From assembly GCF_006345805.1 (NCBI RefSeq), contig NC_042997.1, positions 172,050,001 to 172,114,000 on the forward strand: 64,000 nt of DNA. The letters run 5' to 3'. Below, piece by piece: positions 25,571-36,430 of this stretch. The notes beneath the pieces are model-generated. The model saw only the letters and a program-made list of their open reading frames with translations. It had not been told where the DNA came from and searched no databases. The DNA comes from Octopus sinensis. Its lineage: Eukaryota. Both the position numbers and the translations under genes were made by a program. Each line of letters starts with the position of its first letter. The first letter of the stretch is position 1.

Positions 25571-26039
25571 CTATGTGTATATAATGTATGTATGTATATA
25601 TGCTCCGTGAGTGTGTGTGATAAGAATACAACCTGATTGAGGAATATTTCTGAGAATCTGAAATTTATCTAAATTAAATAAAAATTCTCCAAAGAAATCA
25701 TTGCAGTGATTTATGGCGCAATTTTAACCGAAATTCTTTTTCTGGAAAGAATTTACATATATTAACATTTATATTTTCTTGAAAACTTAGATTTCTGTAA
25801 AAGATACTTAAGAGTAACATAAAACAAAAAAAAAAAAAGCAAGCTATAAAGCAAAATAGCAAAATTCTTTCAAAATATTCACAATTTATTTTTAAATATT
25901 TTCTTTAAAAATTTTTTTTGTTTGTCAGTGCTTTCTTTTTGTTGTTGTTTGTTTTTTGAGTGGGGGGTGACAGAGAGGCAAGGGAATTTAAATGGGGGGG
26001 AGGTATTTTCTTGGTTTGCGTGAGTAAAATTCTTTCACT

Positions 26040-26446
26040 TCCATTCATGATGATAATAATGATGATGAGAGGAGGAGGAGGAGGAGGAGGATAATGCTGC
26101 TGTTGATGAGGATGACGATGGTGGGAATGATGGTGATGATGATTGTGACAGTGGTGATGGTGCTGGTGGAGGAAGTGGGGAAAATCATTATAGTTGTCGT
26201 GTTCATCCTCCTCTTCATCATTTTTATCATCATCATCCTCATCACCATCATCATCGTCATCATCAGCGTTGTCCTCGTCATCATCATCATCATTGTTGTT
26301 CCCTCATCATCTTCACAATCTTCATCTCCATATGTTTCGTCTATATTATCCCCATCCCTTTCACCATCACCGCCATAATCACTATCACCATAATCATCAT
26401 CACCATCAAATGTTTGTCACAAGATGTAAAAGACTATAAGACAATA

Positions 26447-26482
<36 letters not shown>

Positions 26483-26500
26483 TGTGTATATATATGTATG

Positions 26501-26551
<51 letters not shown>

Positions 26552-27150
26552 TACGTATATATGCATGTATGTATGCATGTATCTATCTATCTCTCTCTCT
26601 CTCAATATATATATATTTATATATATGTATATATATATATATTTATATATATATATATACACATACATATACATATATATATATTGATATGTGTTTATAC
26701 ATATATATGTATATATATGTGTGTATATATGTATGTATGTATGTATGTATATTGGTATAGAAAATGTTAGTGAAAACCTGCAAAGGTTGCTCAGTTAATT
26801 AATTTGCTGTGATAACAAACACATTGCCTAGTTAGAGCTGTGACAGATTATTGGAAGAAATAATCACATCTCACTGTCATTTTGTATGTTACTGACACCC
26901 TCACCCCCTTCCCCCTTCCTCCCCCTCCTCCATCTCCCCCTCTTCATTGTCATCATCATCATCACAAATACCACCACCACCATCATCACTGATTATTGTC
27001 ATCGTTATTAGGCCCACCACAATCATTATCACCGTTGTCATCTCCATCATCATCATCATCATCATTGTTGTCACTGTTGTTGTCATCACCACCGTCATCA
27101 TCAGTGTTGCTGTCAGCATTGTCATCAACATCACTGTCACCATCCTCGTT

Positions 27151-27185
<35 letters not shown>

Positions 27186-27207
27186 AATAATAATAATAAT
27201 AATAATG

Positions 27208-27248
<41 letters not shown>

Positions 27249-27273
27249 AATAATAATAGTAATAATAATAATA

Positions 27274-27330
<57 letters not shown>

Positions 27331-27530
27331 GTAGTAGTAATAATAATAATAATAATAGTAATAGTAATAACAGCAGCAGCGATGATGATGATGATGATGA
27401 TGAAGATAATAATAATAAAAATAAAAACAACAGAACAAATAATAATAAAAGTAATAATAATAATAATAATAATAATAGTATGGTTATCATTAATCTACAT
27501 AATTGTGATAGCAATAATTATCATCATCAT
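26040..27530. repeat. Compound microsatellite block: (GAT/CAT)n, (TA/TG)n, (TAA)n
   Basis: Seen directly; source of the poly-I, poly-Y and poly-L pseudo-ORFs. Confidence 0.9.
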
Positions 27531-27714
27531 TCTGATCTATCGACAACTCGGATTTGCATGAGACCTGATGACAGACAGATGTGCCGCATATTTACATTAA
27601 TTATAGGATTTGTGTTGCTTTGCACAATCATTATTTCTTTGGAAGCTAATAATACTTGAGGGTGGCAGGGGTCACAGCAATTATTATATACATACAAACA
27701 CCATGATTATCGTT

Positions 27715-28516
27715 GCAATAATCACATGTGTGACTGCATGTTAAGAAGCTTGCTTCCCAACGATATGATTCCGGGTTCAGTCCCACTGCATGACACCTTG
27801 GACAAGTGTCTTCTGCTATAGCCTCAGGCTGACCAGAGCCTTGTGAGTGGATTTTGTGGATGGAAACTGAAACTGAAAGAGGCCTGTCATATATTTATCT
27901 TTATATATAAAAGTGAAGTTGTGTGTCTGTCTCCTATGATTTAGATTCCTAACTACTCCCACATTTTGCGGTGCAGTTTAACCAAAACCGGGTATCTTAT
28001 AGTCGTGATTCATATCGAGCCCTTCTGGGTATTAGCGCGCGTCTACGATGAGTCTACGATTTTAAAAAAATTTACCATAATTTTTTTCCATTTTAATGCA
28101 TTTTTTCGCTATTATATAAGGGAATTAACTCTCTGAAAATGTCTACGATGAGTCAACGATTTTAAAAAAAATTTACCATCATTTTCTTTCCATTTTTAAT
28201 GCATTTTTTTTGCTATTTTTTGGCTATAACTCTCTAAAAATGCTTATATAGTTATTTCCCTTACAAACCTGAGCAACGCCGGGCGATACTGCTAGTATAT
28301 GTATAAATTTATGTCTTTGTGTTTGGGTTTGTCCCCCAACTATCGCTTGACAACCAATGTTGGTATGTTTACATCCTCATAACTTAGTGGTTCAGTTAAA
28401 AGAGACCAATAGAATAAGTTCTAAGCATACAAAGAATAAGTGCTGGAGTCGATTTCTGCAACTAAAAGCCCTTAAGGTTGTGCTCCAGCATGGCCACAAT
28501 CAAATGACTGAAACAA

Positions 28517-28520
<4 letters not shown>
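27715..28520 (+). mobile_element. SINE family A split by a Helitron insertion
   Basis: Head at 27715-27897 and tail at 28296-28520 join into a normal family A copy when 27898-28295 is removed. Confidence 0.8.
27898..28295 (+). mobile_element. Non-autonomous Helitron
   Basis: 5' A|TC followed by tttatatataaaa; 3' GC-rich subterminal motif gcaacgccgggcgatactg then CTAG|T; no TSD; A/T insertion site; internal ~100-bp duplication (gtctacgatgagtc at 28041 and 28141). Confidence 0.8.
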
Positions 28521-28553
<33 letters not shown>

Positions 28554-28817
28554 AAAACGAACTTTGAAAACGCCACTATATAAGATAAATTTTAATTTTC
28601 TTAGAAATTTTACATGTTTCGGTTCTTCTTGAAAAAAAACAAACCTTATCAAAAATATTTAAAAAAGTTAAGTGTAATAAAAGAAAAAGTTCATAATTGT
28701 TTCTTGCTGGTCTCAACAGTATCCAGGTGGTGGTTTTTTGTGGGGAGTAAGCATAATAGCTGTCTTATGTGTTCGAATAAAATTAAGGAAAAGCAAGGAA
28801 AATTTCAACTATTATAT

Positions 28818-29206
28818 GCACAGGAGTGGCTGTGTGGTAAGTAGCTTGCTAACCAACCACATGGTTCCGGGTTCAGTCCCACTGCGTGACATCTTGGGCA
28901 AGTGTCTTCTGCTATAGCCCCGGGCTGACCAATGCTTTGCGAGTGGATTTGGGAGACGGAAACTGAAAGAAGCCTGTCGTATATATGTATATATATGTGT
29001 GTTTGTGTGTCTGTGTTTGTCCCCCTAGCATTGTTTGACAACCAATGCTGGTGTGTTTATGTCCCCGTCACTTAGCGGTTCGGCAAAAGAGATCGATAGA
29101 ATAAGTACTGGGCTTACAAAGAATAAGTCCCAGGGTCGATTTGCTCGACTAAAGGCGGTGCTCCAGCATCGCCGCAGTTAAATGAATGACACAAGTAAAA
29201 GAGTAA
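28818..29206 (+). mobile_element. tRNA-derived SINE family A, full-length reference copy
   Basis: gcacaggagtggctgtgtggtaag (A-box-like)...gggttcagtccc (B-box-like); internal TA/TG tract; ends acaagtaaaagagtaa. Confidence 0.85.
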
Positions 29207-29224
29207 TACATATATATATATATG

Positions 29225-29826
29225 TTGTGATACCTGTGCCGGTGGCACATAAAAAGCACCATCCGGACGTGGCCGTTGCCAGCGCCACCTCGACTGGCTT
29301 CTGTGCCGGTGGCACATAAAAAGCACCATCCAAACGTGGCCGATGCCAGCGCTGCCACCGACTGGCTCCTGTGCCGGTGGCACATAAAAAGCACCATCCG
29401 AACGTGGCCGATGCCAGCGCCGCCCCGACTGGCTTCTGTGCCGGTGGCACATAAAAAGCACCATTCGAACGTGGCCGATGCCAGCGCCGCCCTGACTGGC
29501 TCCTGTGCCGGTGGCACATAAAAAGCACCATCCGAACATGGCTGTTGCCAGCGCTGCCTTAGCTGGCTTCCGTGCTGGTGGCACGTTAAAATCACCAACC
29601 GATCGTGGCCGATGCCGGACCCCCCTGGCACCTGTGCATGTGGCACGTAAAAAGCACCCACTACACTCGCGGAGTGGTTGGCGTTAGGAAGGGCATCCAG
29701 CTGTAGAAACTCTGCCAGATCAGACTGGAGCCTGGTGCAGCCCCTGGCTTCCCAGACCCCGGTCGAACTGTCCAACCCGTGCTAGCACGGAAAACGGACG
29801 TCAAACGATGATGATGATGATGATGA
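29225..29826 (+). mobile_element. RTE 3'UTR with the most homogeneous tandem array in the window, core and (GAT)n tail
   Basis: Array 29234-29660, then cccactacactcgcggagtgg...ggacgtcaaacgatgatg. Confidence 0.85.
29234..29660 (+). repeat. 67-bp tandem array, 6 units plus a partial
   Basis: Unit starts at 29234, 29301, 29369, 29436, 29503, 29570 and 29632; unit ctgtgccggtggcacataaaaagcaccatccgaacgtggccgatgccagcgccgccccgactggct. Confidence 0.95.
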
Positions 29827-29923
29827 TATATATAGTTGAAATTTACAGAAAAAGAAAAGATGAAGACAGGTGTATAAACAACAAACTGGTGTATTAGTTT
29901 AATGATCAGGAAGGTGAGAAAGT

Positions 29924-29959
29924 CTTTTATGTTTTGAGCTTACGCTCTTCAACAGAAAG
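29924..29959 (-). ncRNA. Degenerate minimal hammerhead-ribozyme motif (Penelope-type)
   Basis: Minus strand: CUUU CUGUUGA A GAGC-GUAA-GCUC AAAACAU A AAAG. Helices I and II pair, but core positions A6 and G12 are altered. Confidence 0.45.
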
Positions 29960-30520
29960 GAACACGGGGAAATATATTATATTAAATGCAGAAAGTAATT
30001 TCTGTGTGTCAGTGTGTCACACTTTGACCACCACCCCTCTCTCACTATTCAATGCTTCATCCACCTGCTGGGGTGAGAATAGTAGACATAGAGATGGTGA
30101 GGATGGTGGTGAAGAGAGGGAGAGAGAGAAAGAGAGAGAAATAGAAATTTAGGGAGAGTGAGTTGATGTTTTATTAAAAGTAGTAGTGTTGGTGGTGGCA
30201 ATAGTAGTATTAATGAGAGACAGAGAGAGACAAAGACAGAGGGTATGTGAGACAAAAAAGGGGTTGATTGTGGCCAGCATGCTCAACCAACTACTGAACA
30301 CTGTCATTTTTGTTTCAGTTTTTGCTTTCTTTAATATATGCATACATACATGTATATATATATATAAAAAAATACTAACTGGAACAAGAGCACAAAACAA
30401 GATTAATCAGCCGAAATTGCGAGGATGATCCGGTTCTTGACTGAAGATTGAAGGCTTCGAATGTCCCGTCCGTGTGTTTTGTATCGTCTTCTAAATGTTT
30501 TGCGTTCTTGTCCCAGTTTG

Positions 30521-30571
<51 letters not shown>

Positions 30572-30739
30572 GGTGAATGAATTATCCTATGTTTATCGTC
30601 AGCATGGAAAATTCATTTAACCGAAACCTGGGTAGCAAATTCACGTCAGAAAACACGGTTGAAGCGACCTGTCAAGGGTAGAAACTCTGGTTTCTTGTGT
30701 AGAAATTTGGTGTTGTATATTCCATTCTTTCATTCATTC

Positions 30740-30786
<47 letters not shown>

Positions 30787-31389
30787 TTGCGGCATACGTA
30801 CCCTCTCTCTTATATGTAAGTATACATGTATATATATATGTAGCGAATCTTGCATGCATGCAGTGGATTCGATCCACCATAGTCAAATTTAAATCAACAC
30901 TGCTACAGAACTTTTCCCATGGTGGAACAATGGTTTTTCTCTGACAGCAGTTTTTACATCTTCCTGATGCCTTTAGCTAGGCCAAAATTAATGTCTTCAC
31001 CACTTGACCCTTTCTAACCTCTTCTACTTCACCAAAAGCTAGAATAGATAACAAGACCACCAACTAAATCTATTGATCTCAACGATATATCTATCCTTCT
31101 AGATCTTAATATAAGCAAGCACATCCCAAGCAAAAATCAGTTAATCACCAAACGGTGACAACTCAATGAGGTCTGACTGACCAACCTTGGTCAGAGGGAG
31201 AAAGCAACTGTGAGACAACACCCAACACTTCTCTCTAGTTCTAATTCTGTTCTCTTACAACATCATTCTATCTCAGCAATTACTACTAAACAATGATGAG
31301 AACCCAAACTCAAATATTCTGCCGCATCTAACTTTCGCATGCTTTTGGATTTATCAACCTGCCCATCCAGGCAAGGTATTGTAACGTAA

Positions 31390-31940
31390 TCTATACATAT
31401 AAAACTGTAGTTGTGTGAGTGTCTGTCCCCTTCGATTTAGATTCCTAACTACTCCCACATTTTACGGTGCAGTTTAACCAAATTCGGGTATCTTATAGTC
31501 GTGATTCATATCGAGCCCATCTGAGTATTAGCGCGCATCTACGATGAGTCTACGATTTTAAAAATAATTTAACATCATTTTTTATTCCATTTTAATGCAT
31601 AATTTTTCGTGTGTCGATGGCGGCGGAGTTGGCGTCCATGGTCACACCTGCACCTGTTTGCTTCTCCCCCTTCTTCCCTCCCTCGTGAAGCTGTGGGGAA
31701 GGGAGTGTAAGGAAATCAATGTCATAAAGCGTTGTCAAGGAGACCAGCGTTCTTTTAGAACAACGACTTCATGGCTTGAAGACACCAAAACAGAAAATGT
31801 CTACGATGAGTCAACGATTTAAAAAAAATTTGCCATAATTTTTCTTCCATTTTTAATGCATTTTTTGCTATTTTTTGGCTATAACTCTCTAAAAATGCTT
31901 ATATAGTTATTTCCCTTACAAACCCGAGCAACACTGCTAG
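31390..31940 (+). mobile_element. Non-autonomous Helitron, longer relative of 27898-28295
   Basis: A|TCtatacatataaaa...gagcaacactgCTAG|T. Same body, an extra ~165 bp between the internal subrepeats, and the gccgggcgat part of the subterminal motif is missing. Confidence 0.8.
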
Positions 31941-32283
31941 TGGTAAATAAATACTTTCTTATAACTTTATACATTATATACTTTGTTCTTTCACATCTTA
32001 CAATATAATAACAAACTCTTATCGTCACAACTGCTGACCATAACATTTCATAATATTGTGTACCAAATCAAATTTCTACCGTTACAATTGGTGACACTCG
32101 ACTTCAACTAAAAACGTTATCGTTACAAAGCAATTTAAATTGTTACACTAAATTAAAATATTTCCGTTACATATATATAAATTCAGGGTGAATACTTGAT
32201 AAATGTAAGCACCTATATATGCCAGCTAGTGGTATAGGTGATAGGATATATGTATCAAAAGAAAAACAGGATGCAAAGGATTT

Positions 32284-32372
32284 TGCGGTACATAAGTTTC
32301 GGGCTTTATTGAACAACTAATATCAATGCATAATTGATATAACAGGTAGATCAAAAGCCTTCTTCAGCCACA
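32284..32372 (-). ncRNA. Type I hammerhead-ribozyme motif with extended helix II
   Basis: Minus strand: UGUGG CUGAAGA A GGCUUU...AUAUCAAU-UAUGC-AUUGAUAU...AAAGCC C GAAA C-UUAU-G U A CCGCA. All core residues present; helix I 5 bp; GUA cleavage triplet. Confidence 0.7.
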
Positions 32373-32863
32373 TACAATTACCACACCAAAGACATGTATC
32401 ACATTATAACAGGTTTGAGAAAAAGTTTGAGAAAAAACCGAGTTTCATTGGGAAAGTAAATCCTCATAGGCGTACATGGTATTGCGAGACTCCAAAACAA
32501 ATCGTCCATACCGTTTTTTCACTCAATAAAGAATGAATACTGGGTAGATTACTTCATATAAGGGAAGGAATTGGATGTTGAGAGAAAGAGGAAAGGAGGG
32601 GAGGGGGTGAAACTTTAATGAAGTTGGGATCACAAAAAGAAAAAATATATATATAAATTTAAACATAGTTATAAAGGATAATAATAAGTATAAATATAAA
32701 ATATAATAAAAAAGTAAAGATGTAAAAACATAAGTATATAAAGATACAAAGGGCGTCACTTATAGGGTCATAAATTCTAGAAATGTATTGTGAAAGTGTA
32801 AAAGGTACAAGAAATAAAGGGTAAAACATAAAATAAAAAGTAAAAAATAAAATAAAAATAAAA

Positions 32864-32901
<38 letters not shown>

Positions 32902-33347
32902 ATAATGGTGGGGTTGTGCTGACTACACATGGATCTTAATCCTCCAAGGAAATTTTTCCAAGGACTGTCATTGAACTCAAAAAACATAAAGACTTTACAA
33001 TGTATCGGTATATCTATTTTAAAATTTTTGTATATGTTTATTAATATTTTTTTGCAAAAAACAATGTAAATTTCTTTTTTCCTTTCCTTAATTTAAAAAA
33101 AAGATTCTTTTCACCTTTCAATTCTTAAAAAATTGCATTGCGATAAAAACCGGTTAGAGTTAATATTTTTTTAATCTTAAAAATTTTCCATACACCCATT
33201 TTTATTAAAATTTACCTTCAATTTAGCATTCTGCCGTTTTATATTTTTCCTCGCCTATATATATATATAAATATACATGTATGTATGCATATATATATAT
33301 ATGTATGTATATATATATATATATATATAATATATATATATATATAT

Positions 33348-33379
<32 letters not shown>

Positions 33380-33457
33380 CATACACGCACAAACACACAC
33401 ACCATATATTAAATACACTTTAATTGAAATACAGTTTCCTCCTCAAAATTAAATATA

Positions 33458-33790
33458 TCTAATATAAGAAATGTGAATGTCAGTGTGTCAGTGTGTCACA
33501 CTTTTTCAAATTTACTCCTAGAGGCCGTAGTCCAATATATCATACCATTTTGTAATCAGGCTGACTCCATTCTGGGCTGAATCCAGTCCTGCAATCCTGC
33601 AATTTTGGATTCCTATGTTTTCATTACTGCGCTTGTTTTTGGCAATTTTCTTTATATGATTTTTAGCAATGAATATGATCATCATTGGGATATGACTCAG
33701 GAGGAAGCAATTGCAACCAATTCTCCAAAACAAGTCAGAGATCTGTTTGCAGATCTTCTCATTCAGTTGCTTAAAAAATTACATACTAGC
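33458..33790 (+). mobile_element. Helitron 5' end plus RepHel coding fragment
   Basis: A|TCtaatataagaaatgtgaatgtcagtgtgtcagtgtgtcac terminus. 33670-33770 encodes DHHWDMTQEEAIATNSPKQVRDLFADLL, resembling (from recall) the RepHel D.HW..TL.EA....SP..LR.LFA.LL segment between Rep and helicase. Confidence 0.6.
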
Positions 33791-33896
33791 TTAAAAGCTG
33801 CCCTATTGGGTGGATTTTAAGATAATATATATATTTATAATTATATATATACACACACACAACACACATACACACACACACACACTTACATATATA

Positions 33897-34270
33897 TATC
33901 ATCATCATCATCGTCATAATCATCGACATTTAACGTCCACTTTCCATGTTGGCATGGGTTGGACAGTTCAACTAAGAGCTGACAAGCCAGAACGCTGCAC
34001 CAGGCTCCAATCTAATCCGGCAAGGTTACTACAGCTGGATGCCCTTCCTAACACCAACCACTCTGAGAGTGTAGAGGGTGCTTTTTACATCCCACCGGCA
34101 TGAGGGCCAGTCAGGCTGCACTGGCAACAGCCATGCTCAAACGGTGCTTTTTACATGTCACTGGCACAGGAGCCAGTAGGCAGCTCTGGAACTGCCACGC
34201 TCAAATGGTGCTTTTTACATGCCACAAGCATGGGTGCAGTACTGGCATTGGCTATGACAATGACTTTGAG
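33897..34270 (-). mobile_element. RTE 3'UTR (tail, core, 2-3 array units)
   Basis: catttaacgtccactttccatg...ggatgcccttcctaacaccaaccactctgagagtg plus array units. Confidence 0.75.
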
Positions 34271-34284
34271 GTTTCTACTGGTCA

Positions 34285-34499
34285 ACCTGCTGAGGGCCAC
34301 TGACCAGATCTGTGGATGGTGCAAAGTCCCTTCTTGACCCAAAATAATGTGGTGGTGGAACAATGTTGTTGACAGGGCTATTAGAGAAAAGAGACAGGCT
34401 TGGAAGGACTGGATGAAAAGTGGTAGCAGGGAATTCTATCCAACCGCCAGAAGAGAAGCTAGGAGACAGATTATTTAGCCAGAGGGGAAACAGATAAGG
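34285..34499 (+). mobile_element. RTE ORF linker fragment abutting the satellite
   Basis: LLRATDQICGWCKVPS*PKIMWWWNNVVDRAIREKRQAWKDW; homologous to the reverse complement of bases 1-235. Confidence 0.8.
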
Positions 34500-36012
34500 C
34501 TAGAGATGGCCTTGGTTTGCTGGCTGGAAACTGGCCTAGGCTGGTTGTCTGGCTGGGCGGTGGCTGCCTGGATGGCCCGGCCTAGGTTTGCTGGCTGGAA
34601 ATTGGCCTAGGCTGGCTGACCCTGTTTTGGATGCCTGGCTGGCCCGGCCTTGGCTTGCTGGACGGAAATTGGCCTCAGTTGACTGGCTGGCCCGGCCTTG
34701 GTTTGCTGGCTGGAAACTGACCTAGGCTGGTTGGCTGGTCAGGGTTTCGCTGCCTAGCTGGCCCGGCCTTGGCTTGCTGGCTGGAAACTGGCCTGGGCTA
34801 GCTGGCTGGCCCTGTTTTGGATGCCTGGCTGGCCCGGCCTCGGCTTGCTGGCTGGAAACTGGCCTAGGCTGGCTGGCTGGCCATGGCTTGGCTGCCTGGC
34901 ATGGCCCGGCTTTGGCATGCTGGCTGGAAACTGGCCTAGGCTGGCTGGCTGGCTGGCCTTACCTTGGCTGCCTGGCCTTACCTTGGCTGCCTGGCCTTAC
35001 CTTGGCTGCCTGGCCTTACCTTGGCTGCCTGGCTGGCCCGGCCTTGCTTTACTGGCTGGAAACTGGCCTAGGCTAGTTGGCTGGCCAGGCTTTGGCTGCC
35101 TGGCTGGCCTGGCCTTGGCTGGCTGGCCCTGTTATGGATGCCTGGCTGGCCCGGCCTTGGCTTGCTGCCTGGAAACTGGCCTAGGCTTGTTGGCTGGCCA
35201 GGCTTTGGCTGCCTGGCTGGCCCAATCTTGGCTTGCTGGCTGGAAACTGGTCTAGGCTGCCTGGCTGGCCATGGCTTGGCTGCCTGGCATGGCCCGGCCT
35301 TGGCATGCTGGCTGGAAACTGGTTTAGGCTGATTGGCTGGCCCTGTTTCGATGCCTGGCTGGCCTGGCTTAGATTTGCTAGTTGGAAATTGGCCTAGGCT
35401 GGCTGGTTGGCTAGGCCAATTTCCAGCCACCAAACCAAGGCCAGGCCAGCCAGGCAGCCAAGCCGGGCTAGCCAACCAGCCTAGGCCAATTTCCAGCCAG
35501 CAAACCAAGGCCGGGCCAGCCAGGCATCCAAAACAGGGCCAGCCAGCCTGCCAAGACCAGTTTCCAGCCAGCAAGCCAAATCTGGGCCAGCCAGGCAGCC
35601 AAGGCCGAGCCAGACAGCCAGCCTAGGCCAGATTCCAGCCAGCAAGCCTTGGCCGGGCCAGCTAGGCAGCTAAAGCCTGACTAGCCAACCAGCCTAGGCC
35701 AATTTCCAGCCAGCAAACCAAGGCCAGGCCAGCCAGGCAGCCAAAGCCCAGCCAGCCAGCCTAGGCCAATTTCCAGCCAGCAAGCCAAGGCCAGGCCAGC
35801 TAGGCATCCAAAACAGAGCCAGCCAGCCAGCCAAGACCAGTTTCCAGCCAGCAAGCCAAATCCGGGCCAGCCAGGCAGCCAAGGTCCAACCAGACAGCCA
35901 GCCTAGGCCAGTTTCCAGCCAGCAAACCATGGCCGGGCCAGCCAGCAAGCCAAGGCCGGGCCAGCCAGGCATCAAAATCAGAGCCAGCCAGCCAGCCCAG
36001 GCCAGTTTCCAG
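34500..36012. repeat. GC-rich ~67-72 bp satellite built on GGCT/GGCC motifs, with an orientation switch at ~35404
   Basis: Anchor ggaaa(c/t)tggcc at 34526, 34597, 34664, 34712, 34783, 34854, 34926 and onward. From 35411 the units are the reverse complement (ctaggccaatttccagcc...). A 19-bp sub-array (ggccttaccttggctgcct x4) lies at ~34955-35030. Confidence 0.95.
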
Positions 36013-36024
36013 CCAGGAAATTAT

Positions 36025-36175
36025 TAAGTGAAGGAGTGGCTGTGTGCTTACCAACCATATGGCTCCGGGTTCATTCCCACTGCTTGGCACCTTGGGCAAG
36101 TGTCTTCTACTGTAGCCTCGAGCCGACCAAAGCCTTGTGAGTGGATTTGGTAGATGGAAACTGAAAGAAGCCTGT

Positions 36176-36207
<32 letters not shown>

Positions 36208-36430
36208 TATATATATGTATGTGTGTGTGTATGTTTGTGTCTCTTTGTCCCCCTAACATCACTTGACAACCGATAGTGGTGTGTTTATGTCCTGGTAACT
36301 TAGTGGTTCAGCAAAATAGACTGATAGAATAAGTACTAGGCTTCCAAAGAATAAGTCCTTGGGTCAATTTACTCAACTAAAGGCGGTGCTCCAGCATGGC
36401 TGTAGTCAAATGACTGAAACAAGTAAAAGA
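36025..36430 (+). mobile_element. SINE family A
   Basis: Matches 28818-29206. Confidence 0.8.

Noticed and set aside
26045-27561. Poly-I, poly-Y, poly-L and YIYI ORFs here and throughout the window
   Set aside because: Microsatellite translations with no evidence of coding function.
29234-29660. CRISPR-like array (regular period, palindromic motif)
   Set aside because: Whole units are homologous with no unique spacers, there are no cas genes, the context is eukaryotic, and the unit is tied to an RTE 3'UTR.
34774-36099. Trp/Leu/Ala/Gly-rich repetitive ORFs
   Set aside because: These are translations of the satellite, open in several frames on both strands, with no splice or start context.
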